Shown here: piece by piece, positions 9,268 through 17,612 of the stretch
Layout of the letters: each line of letters begins with the position of its first letter
How positions within the stretch are numbered: position 1 is the stretch's first letter
DNA from: an uncultured Candidatus Saccharibacteria bacterium
Lineage (GTDB): Bacteria > Patescibacteriota > Minisyncoccia > Minisyncoccales > CG1-02-41-26
DNA length: 35,865 nt
Direction: 5' to 3'
Assembly: GCA_964399945.1 (NCBI GenBank)
Contig: CAYNRT010000001.1
Coordinates: 1 to 35,865, forward strand
Program-made: the position numbers and the translations under genes
Notes under the pieces: model-generated
What the model was told of the DNA's origin: nothing
Database searches by the model: none
The model's input: only the letters and a program-made list of their open reading frames with translations

Positions 9268-9981
9268 ATGAAAATAGCTGGAATTCAAAAAACAACCCTT
9301 GTTGATTATCCCGGCAGAGTAAGCTGCACGGTTTTTGTGGCCGGTTGTAATTTCCGTTGTCCGTTCTGCCATAATCCGAGCTTGGTTTTGCCTGAATCTG
9401 TAGAAAAAAGCGAATTCCTTTCTGAAAAAGAGATCTTTAATTTTTTAGAGAAAAGAAAAGACTGTCTTGAAGGAGTTTGCATTACCGGCGGCGAGCCGAC
9501 GATAAGTCCGGGAATTGTAGATTTTTGCAGGCGCGTCAAAGAAAAGGGTTATTTAGTAAAAATTGACAGCAACGGTACAAACCCGGAAATCTTAAGCGAA
9601 TTGATAAGGGATAACTTGCTTGATTATGCGGCAGTGGACATTAAAAGTCCGAAAAAGAAGTATGCTTCTCTCTCTGGGTTAGAGGAAGGACTGATAGAAC
9701 AAGTTTTGCTTAAAATAGAAGAAACAATAAACTTGCTGAAGAATAGCGGCATCCAATACGAATTCAGAACAACAGTTGTCCCTTCATTTTTAGACAAGGA
9801 GGATATTTTAGAAATAAGCCGCTGGATTGCTCCGGCGGACAAGTATGTTCTTCAGAATTTCCGTCCTCTTGACACATTAGATCCGAAACTGAAAAAGGTT
9901 AAGCCTTATCCAGACAGCTTTTTTCTGCAAATAAAGGAAGAGCTGAAGCCTTTTTTTAAGGAAGTTGAAATAAGGCGATAG
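9268..9981 (+). CDS. nrdG: anaerobic ribonucleotide reductase activating protein (radical SAM)
   Basis: CNFRCPFCHN radical-SAM cluster motif and GVCITGGEP. Adjacent to nrdD. Confidence 0.85.
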   Translation: MKIAGIQKTTLVDYPGRVSCTVFVAGCNFRCPFCHNPSLVLPESVEKSEFLSEKEIFNFLEKRKDCLEGVCITGGEPTISPGIVDFCRRVKEKGYLVKIDSNGTNPEILSELIRDNLLDYAAVDIKSPKKKYASLSGLEEGLIEQVLLKIEETINLLKNSGIQYEFRTTVVPSFLDKEDILEISRWIAPADKYVLQNFRPLDTLDPKLKKVKPYPDSFFLQIKEELKPFFKEVEIRR

Positions 9982-9989
9982 GGAGGTTT

Positions 9990-11261
9990 ATGACTTTTTC
10001 GCGCGCGTTTTCCTTTTGGCTCTCTTTTTTTATAATTGGAATTTTTGTTTCTTCTTTTGTTTCTCTTCCTTCGATGATAATTTTGGAAATTATCTTTTTA
10101 GGTTCTGCTTATTTTTTAATTCCTCTGTTCTTTCTTATTAAAAACCCGCGGCACGAAAAAAAATTAAAAAAAACCCTTATTGTTTTTGGAGTTTGTTTAA
10201 TTATGTTTGGCTCTGCCTTTTTGCGCCAAACCGCTTTTGAAGCTTCTAGAACAACAGCTTCTTATACAATTGAAAACAAGAAAAGCAATGCAAGCATCGG
10301 CGTGCTTCAAAAAAGCCTTTACGCTTTTAAGGGTAAAGCTGAAAATATAATTCGCCAGAATTTTCTTCCCCCAGAATCATCAGTGCTTTTAGCTGTTTTA
10401 ATCGGCAACAAAAAAGCTGCTTCTAAAGAATGGAATGAAAGACTGAACAGGAGCGGCCTGCGCCATATTACTGCTGTTTCAGGAATGCATATTGTTATTA
10501 TATCAGGCGCAGTCAGTGCGCTTTTTTTGGGATGGGGCGCTTCAAGAGCAGCAGCTTTTTATTTAAGCATTATTTTTTTATGGCTTTTTGTGGCGATGGT
10601 TGGTTTTCCTGCTTCAGCCGTTAGAGCGGGAATAATGGCTTCTTTTGTTTTACTGTCTCAGAGAATAGGGCGGCCGGGGAGTGGAAAAAGAGCGCTTTTG
10701 CTTGCAGGTTTTGCGATGCTTTTTTTAAATCCAGCCCTTCTTAAGGAGAGCGTTGGATTCCAGCTTTCCTTTTTGTCTGCCGCAGGCATCATTTATTTGG
10801 CTCCTCTTTTAAAAGAACAATTAGAAAGAATATATTTTCTTAAACTTGCCGGAATTGCTTCAGCTGTTTCTGTTTGTTTTTCTGCTTATGCTTTTAGCGC
10901 TCCCTGTTTGATTTTAAGCTTCAATTCCTTGTCTCTTGTCTCTCCCTTGTCCGGGTTGGTTGTTACGCCGGCCCTTGGCCCTTTAATGGTCTTAGGTATT
11001 GTTTTTCTTCTGACAGGAATTGCGAGTTCAACAGCGGCTTTTTTCTGTGCCTTTCTTCTAAAACCTTTTTTATCTTATATTGTTTCCACAGCGTATTTGT
11101 TTTCAAAAGCGCCCTTTCTTAAGATTGGAAGAATGCTCAGCTTTTACGTTGCTGGAGTTTATTGTCTTTTCCTGTTTTTGCTAATTTTGTTTCTTCGCCG
11201 GAAGAAAGAAGCACTAATTTTTAAAGAGAAGAATTTTATCCGTGCTGATAGAAAGAACTAA
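9990..11261 (+). CDS. comEC: ComEC/Rec2-family DNA internalisation channel, membrane 'competence' domain only
   Basis: 423-aa polytopic membrane protein with the ComEC signature GLRHITAVSGMHIVII. There is no C-terminal metallo-beta-lactamase domain. One of the few genes here with a GGGAGG Shine-Dalgarno site. It starts 8 nt after the nrdG stop. Confidence 0.8.
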   Translation: MTFSRAFSFWLSFFIIGIFVSSFVSLPSMIILEIIFLGSAYFLIPLFFLIKNPRHEKKLKKTLIVFGVCLIMFGSAFLRQTAFEASRTTASYTIENKKSNASIGVLQKSLYAFKGKAENIIRQNFLPPESSVLLAVLIGNKKAASKEWNERLNRSGLRHITAVSGMHIVIISGAVSALFLGWGASRAAAFYLSIIFLWLFVAMVGFPASAVRAGIMASFVLLSQRIGRPGSGKRALLLAGFAMLFLNPALLKESVGFQLSFLSAAGIIYLAPLLKEQLERIYFLKLAGIASAVSVCFSAYAFSAPCLILSFNSLSLVSPLSGLVVTPALGPLMVLGIVFLLTGIASSTAAFFCAFLLKPFLSYIVSTAYLFSKAPFLKIGRMLSFYVAGVYCLFLFLLILFLRRKKEALIFKEKNFIRADRKN

Positions 11262-11294
11262 ATTAAACGAGATAGGCTTTAATTGTATAGGTTT

Positions 11295-11322
11295 TTGGAT
11301 TTGCTTTAATATTTGTTATAAT
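11295..11322 (+). promoter_or_regulatory. sigma70-like promoter for htrA (TTGGAT-N16-TATAAT, with TGT extended -10)
   Basis: Hexamers read directly at 11295-11300 and 11317-11322. Confidence 0.4.
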
Positions 11323-11374
11323 ATAATACAAAGCTGTATGTAAGAAAATTATATACCGAGTCTAAATTAAAAAT

Positions 11375-12700
11375 ATGCGCAGAAATATAAATATCTTTAA
11401 AAAAGGGGTTATTAAAAAAAGCATTGCCATAGCTGCAGCTTTAATTTTTTTGGCGGGTGTTGCCGGTGGAGGGATGCTTGTCAGTTCAATAAAAGATCTG
11501 TCGCACAAAACTAGTCTCAGCAAGGTTTTTTCGGGCTTTTCTAAAAGTTGGCAGAAAGCAAAAGAGAGTGCAGAAATTAAGGAAAAAACTCCTTATACAG
11601 CTCAAACTCTGCAGGAAGAAAGAATAATAAAAGTGGTAGAAGAGTCAGCTCCAGCAGTGGTAAGCATTATTGTTAGCAAACAGGTAGCTGTGTATAAAGA
11701 ATATTACGAAGACCCTTTTGAAGAGTTTAGAGATTTATTTGGTGACAGTTTTGGGTTTAAAATAAAGATTCCTCGTTACAAAAAAGAAGGGACAACAAAG
11801 AAAAAAGTGGGCGGTGGCACAGGATTCATTATTTCTAAGGACGGACTTATTTTAACGAACAAACATGTTGTTATAGACGAGAAAGCGGATTATACGGTTG
11901 TTTCAAGCAGCGGCAGGAAATATAAGGCAAAAGTTCTTGCCAGAGACCCTTTACAGGATTTGGCAATTTTAAAAATAGAGGGAGATAAAAAAATAGGTAG
12001 TGATGGCAAGGTTGTCTTCAGCGATTTCCCAACGCTTCCTTTGGGAGATTCTGACAATTTGAAGATAGGGCAAACGGTTATAGCCATTGGCAACGCTTTG
12101 GGGGAATTCCGCAATACTGTTTCGGTAGGAGTCATTTCCGGCTTAGGCAGAAGAATTACAGCGACTGGAGGCGGAATTGTGGAAAGCTTAGAAGATATTA
12201 TTCAAACAGATGCCGCTATTAACCGCGGAAATTCCGGAGGGCCGCTCTTAAACCTTAAAGGAGAAGTTATCGGGGTCAATGTAGCAATGGCGCAGGGCGC
12301 TCAAAGCATTGGATTTTCCATACCGATAAACAAGGCCAAAAAGGACATAACTCAAATTAAGAGTATAGGCAAAATAGTTTACCCCTTTTTAGGAGTAAGG
12401 TGCTTATTAATAACCCCGGAGATACAAAGCGAAAAGAATTTAGGGAGCGATTACGGTGCTTTGATTGTTAGAGGTCAAGAAAACGAACCAGGAGTGGTTG
12501 AAGGCTCGGCGGCTCAAAAAGCAGGTTTGCGGGAAGGGGATATAATTCTTTCGGTGAATGGTGAAAGAGTTGATCAAAGAAACTCTCTTTCCAGAATTAT
12601 TCAAAAGTATAAGCCGGGAGATAAAGTTGTTTTGGAAATTTTAAGAGGAGATAAAAAAATGAAGATAGAAGCTGTTTTAGGCGAAAAAACAAGCAGTTAA
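11375..12700 (+). CDS. htrA: HtrA/DegP-family serine protease with an N-terminal membrane anchor and a C-terminal PDZ domain
   Basis: Catalytic-triad contexts TNKHVV, DLAILKI and GNSGGPLLN. PDZ-like C-terminus (GSAAQKAGLREGDIILSVNG). Confidence 0.85.
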   Translation: MRRNINIFKKGVIKKSIAIAAALIFLAGVAGGGMLVSSIKDLSHKTSLSKVFSGFSKSWQKAKESAEIKEKTPYTAQTLQEERIIKVVEESAPAVVSIIVSKQVAVYKEYYEDPFEEFRDLFGDSFGFKIKIPRYKKEGTTKKKVGGGTGFIISKDGLILTNKHVVIDEKADYTVVSSSGRKYKAKVLARDPLQDLAILKIEGDKKIGSDGKVVFSDFPTLPLGDSDNLKIGQTVIAIGNALGEFRNTVSVGVISGLGRRITATGGGIVESLEDIIQTDAAINRGNSGGPLLNLKGEVIGVNVAMAQGAQSIGFSIPINKAKKDITQIKSIGKIVYPFLGVRCLLITPEIQSEKNLGSDYGALIVRGQENEPGVVEGSAAQKAGLREGDIILSVNGERVDQRNSLSRIIQKYKPGDKVVLEILRGDKKMKIEAVLGEKTSS

Positions 12701-12717
12701 TTTATTAAGATAAAATT

Positions 12718-15408
12718 ATGCCATTTGCTCAAGGAGGCGATTTTACTCATAAATCACAAGAAGCAATGATGATGGCGCAAAACTTAGCCCGTAAAAACGG
12801 CCAGCGTCAGATAGATGCCCTTCATCTTTTGAGCAGTTTGCTTAACCAGGATGAAAGCATTGTCCTTACAGTTCTTGGTGCGCTCCAGGTTGATATTGGA
12901 GACTTAAAGAGTAAGACGGAAAAAGCTCTTAATCAAATTCCCTTTCTAGGATCCTTTCAAGCATCAGGGCAACTTTATTTAACGCAGGATCTTGCTCAAG
13001 TTTTGGAAAGAGCGCGGCTTGAAGCTGTAAATATGGGCGATGAGTTTATCTCTATAGAACATTTGTTTTTAGGTATTTTATCTGCAGGGGGGAGAGCTCG
13101 GGAAATTGTAGAAAAAGCAAAATTCCTTCCCGGCGCTTCTACTACATCTTTAAATAAAGAGGTTTTCTTAAATCAGCTTTTATCAATAAGAGGAGACGAA
13201 AAAATTACTGATCCCCAGCCAGAGTCAAAATTTGAAGCGGTAAAAAAATATACTCGTAATTTATCGCAGGAAGCAAGAGAAGGAAAATTGGATCCAGTTA
13301 TCGGACGCGATGCTGAAATAAGGCGAATTATGCAGGTTCTTTGCCGGCGCACAAAAAACAACCCTGTTTTAATTGGAGAGGCTGGTGTTGGTAAAACAGC
13401 TATCGTTGAAGGCTTAGCGAAAAAAATTGTAAGTTTTGATGCTCCGGAAAGCCTGCAAAACAAGGAAATAATTGCTTTAGATTTAGGAGCCCTTATAGCC
13501 GGGACAAAATATCGGGGAGAATTTGAATCGCGGATCAAAGCTCTTCTGCGTGAGATAGAGCGTTCAAACAACAAATATATTTTATTCATTGACGAACTGC
13601 ACACTTTGGTTGGGGCAGGGGCTGCCGAAGGGGCGATAGATGCTTCTAATCTTTTGAAGCCGGCGCTTGCTCGCGGCAAACTCAGAGCTATAGGAGCAAC
13701 AACCTTAAAGGAATATCAGAAGTATATAGAAAAGGATGCGGCCTTAGAAAGGAGGTTTCAGCCTATCTATGTGCAGGAGCCTTCTGTGGAGGACACAATC
13801 AACATTTTACGAGGAATAAAGGAAAAATATGAAATGCATCACGGCGTTAAGATAAAGGATTCAGCAATAAAAGCGGCAGCCGAGCTTAGCAACCGCTATA
13901 TTACTGACAGATTTTTGCCCGATAAAGCAGTTGATTTAATGGATGAAGCTGCTTCTTCTCTGCGGATGGAAATAGAGACAGAGCCTACAGATTTAGAAGA
14001 GCTTAAAAACGAAATTACCAAACTGGCAGTTGAGAAACAATCGTTGAAAAAAGAAGGCAAAGCAAAAAGGAGAATAGCGGCAGTAGAAAGAGCCCTCGCT
14101 GACCTTAAAGAAAAGGAAAAAAATCTTCGGGTGCAGTGGAGTTTGGAAAAAAATCTGATTAATGAGATTAAAACCTTAAAAAAAGAGATAGATTCTCTAC
14201 AGCTTCAGATGGAAATTGCCCAACGCCAGGCGGATTTGGAAAAAGTTGCCGAGTTGAAATATGGAAAAATTCCTGAGATAAAGAAAAAATTAAACTCTGC
14301 GGAAAAAAAGCTGAAAAACCTTCAAAAAAAGAAGCATCTTTTAAAAGAAGAAGTTGATGAAGAAGATGTTGCCAGGGTTGTTTCCCGCTGGACAGGCATT
14401 CCTGTTACGAAACTGATTGAGGCAGAGGCGAAAAAATTGGAAAAAATGGAGGAAATTCTGCGGAAGCGTGTAATCGGGCAGGATGAAGCCATTAAAGCCG
14501 TAAGCAACGCTATTAGGCGTGGGCGTGCTGGCATTGCTGAAGAGAATAAGCCAATGGGAGTTTTTCTTTTCTTGGGTCCTACTGGTGTCGGGAAGACGGA
14601 AACAGCACGGGCGTTGGCCGACTTTCTTTTTAATACGGAAAAAGCCTTAATTCGGCTCGATATGTCCGAATATATGGAGAAATACAGCGTTTCTAAAATT
14701 ATTGGTTCTCCACCCGGTTATGTGGGCCACGAGGAAGGCGGTCAATTAACAGAAAAGGTAAGGCGGCGTCCCTACAGCGTTATTCTTCTTGACGAGATAG
14801 AAAAAGCTAACCCAGAAGTGTTCAATATCCTTCTGCAGATTTTTGAAGACGGCCGCCTCACAGATGCTAAAGGCAGATTGGTTTCTTTTAAGAATACGAT
14901 TATAATAATGACTTCTAATATTGGTTCTGAATATATTAATGAGATGCAGCCGGTTGGTTTTGAAAACCATAAAGACAATAGCGCGAGCCGTCGTGAAAAG
15001 CTTAAGAATAAGGTGTATCAGTCTTTAAGGGAAGCTTTCAAACCGGAATTTCTCAACAGAATTGATGAAGTTATTATTTTCAATTATTTAGGACGGAAAG
15101 AGATTAAGAAAATAGTTGATTTAGAGCTTAAGAAAGTAGAAGAACGTCTGAAAAAAATTAAAAGTATAAAAGTAAAGTTTTCTCCAAAACTTAAAGATTA
15201 TTTATCCGACAAAGGTTTTGATCCAAATCTGGGAGCCCGTCCGCTTAAAAGACTGATTCAAAAATTAATTCTTAATCCCTTATCAATGAAGATAATAACT
15301 GCTGAAATTGGAGAGGGTAATAGAATAACTGCTGATTTTAAAAAGGGAGAGGTTGTCTTTCATATTGAAGGAAGAAAAGAAAAACATTCTGCAAAACAGA
15401 AAACTTAA
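12718..15408 (+). CDS. clpB: ATP-dependent chaperone/disaggregase ClpB
   Basis: 896 aa. Two AAA+ modules ([15 protein letters not shown] and [15 protein letters not shown]) separated by a long coiled-coil middle domain. This is the ClpB architecture. Confidence 0.95.
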   Translation: MPFAQGGDFTHKSQEAMMMAQNLARKNGQRQIDALHLLSSLLNQDESIVLTVLGALQVDIGDLKSKTEKALNQIPFLGSFQASGQLYLTQDLAQVLERARLEAVNMGDEFISIEHLFLGILSAGGRAREIVEKAKFLPGASTTSLNKEVFLNQLLSIRGDEKITDPQPESKFEAVKKYTRNLSQEAREGKLDPVIGRDAEIRRIMQVLCRRTKNNPVLIGEAGVGKTAIVEGLAKKIVSFDAPESLQNKEIIALDLGALIAGTKYRGEFESRIKALLREIERSNNKYILFIDELHTLVGAGAAEGAIDASNLLKPALARGKLRAIGATTLKEYQKYIEKDAALERRFQPIYVQEPSVEDTINILRGIKEKYEMHHGVKIKDSAIKAAAELSNRYITDRFLPDKAVDLMDEAASSLRMEIETEPTDLEELKNEITKLAVEKQSLKKEGKAKRRIAAVERALADLKEKEKNLRVQWSLEKNLINEIKTLKKEIDSLQLQMEIAQRQADLEKVAELKYGKIPEIKKKLNSAEKKLKNLQKKKHLLKEEVDEEDVARVVSRWTGIPVTKLIEAEAKKLEKMEEILRKRVIGQDEAIKAVSNAIRRGRAGIAEENKPMGVFLFLGPTGVGKTETARALADFLFNTEKALIRLDMSEYMEKYSVSKIIGSPPGYVGHEEGGQLTEKVRRRPYSVILLDEIEKANPEVFNILLQIFEDGRLTDAKGRLVSFKNTIIIMTSNIGSEYINEMQPVGFENHKDNSASRREKLKNKVYQSLREAFKPEFLNRIDEVIIFNYLGRKEIKKIVDLELKKVEERLKKIKSIKVKFSPKLKDYLSDKGFDPNLGARPLKRLIQKLILNPLSMKIITAEIGEGNRITADFKKGEVVFHIEGRKEKHSAKQKT

Positions 15409-15435
15409 TATATATAATTTGGGATAATTCTAAAG

Positions 15436-15458
15436 CTGCAAAAATTGTTTTTTTGCAG
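15436..15458 (+). terminator. weak hairpin terminator after clpB
   Basis: CTGCAAAAA-TTG-TTTTTTTGCAG followed by TATTTTCTT. The stem is AT-rich, so support is modest. Confidence 0.35.
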
Positions 15459-15505
15459 TATTTTCTTAAAAGATAAACAAGGTTGAGACAGATGAAATTT
15501 TAGTT

Positions 15506-16144
15506 ATGCCCTATATCTTCTTAGATGAATCCGGTGATTTAGGTTTTAATTTTAGAAAGAAGAAAACCTCAAAATTTTTTATCATTACTTGTTTATTTGT
15601 TGTAAATAAAAGACTAATTGAGAAGAAAGTGAGAAAAACGCATGCGGAATTGAAAAAGAAGTATAAAAAAAGATTCGGTGTTCTTCATGCGGTTAAAGAG
15701 AAACCGACTGTTCGCCGAAGATTATTAAAAAGGCTAAACGAAAAGGATTGTGTGATTATGACGATTTATTTAAACAAGAAACGAGTTTATACTAGACTTC
15801 AGGAAGAAAAAGCCGTCCTTTATAATTATGTTGCCAACATTTTGCTTGACAGAATTTATTCAAAGAAGTTGGTACCAATCGGTAAAAAGATAGAACTAAT
15901 TGCTTCAAAGAGAGAAACGAACAAATTCTTGAATAAGAATTTTAGAAGATATTTAAACAGTCAAGTAAAAAACAAACATAAGATTGAGATAGTGATTAAG
16001 ATAAAAACACCTTATCAAGAAAAGTCATTACAGGCAGTGGATTTTGTAAGCCGGGCTATTTTTAGAAAGCATGAATATGGTGATGATAGTTACTACAATA
16101 TTATCAAAAGTAAAATCGTTGAAGAAAATCCTTTGTTTCCATAA
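15506..16144 (+). CDS. DUF3800-family protein (uncharacterised)
   Basis: 212 aa. N-terminal YIFLDESGD and C-terminal LQAVDFVSRAIF match my memory of the two conserved DUF3800 motifs (DES...Q-x-x-D). The gene looks visibly more AT/Lys-rich than the flanking clpB and murB. Confidence 0.65.
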   Translation: MPYIFLDESGDLGFNFRKKKTSKFFIITCLFVVNKRLIEKKVRKTHAELKKKYKKRFGVLHAVKEKPTVRRRLLKRLNEKDCVIMTIYLNKKRVYTRLQEEKAVLYNYVANILLDRIYSKKLVPIGKKIELIASKRETNKFLNKNFRRYLNSQVKNKHKIEIVIKIKTPYQEKSLQAVDFVSRAIFRKHEYGDDSYYNIIKSKIVEENPLFP

Positions 16145-16153
16145 AAAACAAAA

Positions 16154-16200
16154 CCCCGCGTGCTATTTACGAGCAACCATCCGGAAGCCCACACGCGAGG
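16154..16200 (-). terminator. GC-rich hairpin whose U-tract lies on the minus strand: a minus-strand terminator or the 3' end of a small RNA
   Basis: CCCCGCGTG...CACGCGAGG forms a 9-bp stem with one mismatch. On the minus strand it is followed by TTTTGTTTTTTAT. On the plus strand only ATTTACTTGC follows. Confidence 0.4.
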
Positions 16201-16314
16201 ATTTACTTGCTTATAAACAGTATAACAAAAAATTTGATGTCAAGCAAGAAAGCTTGACAAATAAAATTTAATTTGCTAAGCTTAAGATAACGTGAGGGCT
16301 TATCTCCAAAGCCG

Positions 16315-16345
16315 GCAAAAGACCTCTAATTTAGAGGTCTTTTGC
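16315..16345. terminator. near-perfect palindromic hairpin, potentially a bidirectional terminator
   Basis: GCAAAAGACCTCTAA-T-TTAGAGGTCTTTTGC, with an A-run before and a T-run after on both strands. Confidence 0.55.
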
Positions 16346-16431
16346 TTTATATTAAAATTACAAAAAGTATGGAGAATTTTTTAGAATATTGTTCTGTAAG
16401 GTATGTTATTAATAATTTTTTGTAATATGCA

Positions 16432-16459
16432 TTGATTGCTTTTTATGTTGTGCTACAAT
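16432..16459 (+). promoter_or_regulatory. sigma70-like promoter for murB (TTGATT-N16-TACAAT)
   Basis: Hexamers read directly at 16432-16437 and 16454-16459. Confidence 0.4.
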
Positions 16460-16463
16460 AAAA

Positions 16464-16523
16464 ACGGACCGGGAGCTGGCCCTCACGTTTTAGGTTTTTG
16501 GAGGTTAAACCCTCCCGGTCCGT
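16464..16523 (+). promoter_or_regulatory. 12-bp GC-rich stem-loop at the predicted 5' end of the murB leader (attenuator- or riboswitch-like)
   Basis: ACGGACCGGGAG (16464-16475) pairs perfectly with CTCCCGGTCCGT (16512-16523) and is followed by GAATTTTGAGATTTTG. The loop contains a competing GGAGG/CCTCC pairing. Confidence 0.4.
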
Positions 16524-16591
16524 GAATTTTGAGATTTTGCCGACAGAAACTGAAAATTCAAGAAGAACTGTTTCCCGGAGCCTGTCAATTT

Positions 16592-17554
16592 ATGAAAAGT
16601 TTAAGAAGAGGTGTTTTGCTAAAAAAATATACAACTTTCCGCATCGGCGGCCCGGCCCGTTATTTCTGCAGTATTCAGAATGAAGAAGAGCTTGTTAGAG
16701 CAGTAGATTGGGCAAAAGACAAGGGTCTGCCTTTTTTTGTTTTGGGTGGAGGCAGTAATCTACTTGTTTCAGACAGGGGATACAACGGTCTTGTGATAAA
16801 AATAGAAGAATCTGTCCAAAAGAGAAAGGGAATAGCCTTAATACAGGCCAATTGCCTTTCAGTTTGGGCAGGAGAGAAATTATCCGTTGTAGCCGAATTT
16901 GCAGCTGAAAAGGGACTTACAGGTCTTGAATGGGCGACTGGTCTGCCCGGAACTTTGGGCGGGGCAATAAAGGGCAATGCTAGTGCTTTTGGCAAATCAA
17001 TATCGGATGTTTTAAAAGAAGTAAGGTTTATTGATGTATCAGACGGGGTAAAGCCTGCAGTTAAGTGCTTAGCCGCGGGGAAATGCGGTTTTTCCTGCAA
17101 AAAAAGCTTATTTACAGACAACCAAAACTTGATAATTGTTTCAGCTTTAATTGTCTTAAAGAAAGGAGAAAAGAAAGACATAAAAAAAATTATGTCCGCT
17201 AATTTGGCTTATCGGAAGAGAAACCACCCCGCAGAACCTTCTGCCGGATGCATTTTCCGCAACCAAGATTTTAGTAAGGAAAAGGGTAAATTTAAAGAAC
17301 TTGTGAAAAAGCTTCCTCAGGCTAAAAAATTTAATCCCTCTGCTGTACCAGCTTCTTTTTTAATAGATAAAGCTGGTCTCAAGGGAAAAAGAGCTGGAGG
17401 CGCGCAAATTTCTCGGAAACACGCTAACTTTATTATCAACACAGGAAATGCTACAGCAGAAGATGTCTTGTTTTTGATAAAACAAGTGAAAAAAACAGTG
17501 AAGGAAAAGTTCGGCATTATCCTTACAGAGGAAATTAGATATCTTGGCTTTTAA
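16592..17554 (+). CDS. murB: UDP-N-acetylenolpyruvoylglucosamine reductase
   Basis: LKKYTTFRIGGPARYF and VLGGGSNLL FAD-binding motifs. C-terminus has AGCIFRN, IDKAGLKG and HANFIIN. I prefer the start at ATG 16592 (MKSLRRG) over the track start at 16529. Confidence 0.9.
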   Translation: MKSLRRGVLLKKYTTFRIGGPARYFCSIQNEEELVRAVDWAKDKGLPFFVLGGGSNLLVSDRGYNGLVIKIEESVQKRKGIALIQANCLSVWAGEKLSVVAEFAAEKGLTGLEWATGLPGTLGGAIKGNASAFGKSISDVLKEVRFIDVSDGVKPAVKCLAAGKCGFSCKKSLFTDNQNLIIVSALIVLKKGEKKDIKKIMSANLAYRKRNHPAEPSAGCIFRNQDFSKEKGKFKELVKKLPQAKKFNPSAVPASFLIDKAGLKGKRAGGAQISRKHANFIINTGNATAEDVLFLIKQVKKTVKEKFGIILTEEIRYLGF

Positions 17555-17612
17555 TGAAGAACAGCTTTATTTATAATGTGTGATGAAAGAACAAAAATGA
17601 AAACAGTAAACT

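Noticed and set aside
16154-16200. Possible SRP (4.5S) RNA, because of the UCCGGAAG segment in the hairpin loop
   Set aside because: The conserved helix-8 context (GGUCC-GGAA-GGAAGCAGCC, with AGCA on the 3' side) is absent on both strands. Only a short, partial resemblance remains.
16071-16271. 66-aa ORF overlapping the DUF3800 3' end and the GC-rich hairpin
   Set aside because: It overlaps a better-supported gene out of frame and runs through hairpin sequence. It has no motifs.
16498-16683. 61-aa ORF, and the 21-codon N-terminal extension of the murB track ORF (16529-16591)
   Set aside because: MurB homology begins at MKSLRRG...FRIGGP (ATG 16592). The upstream part overlaps the structured leader and shows no protein-like features.
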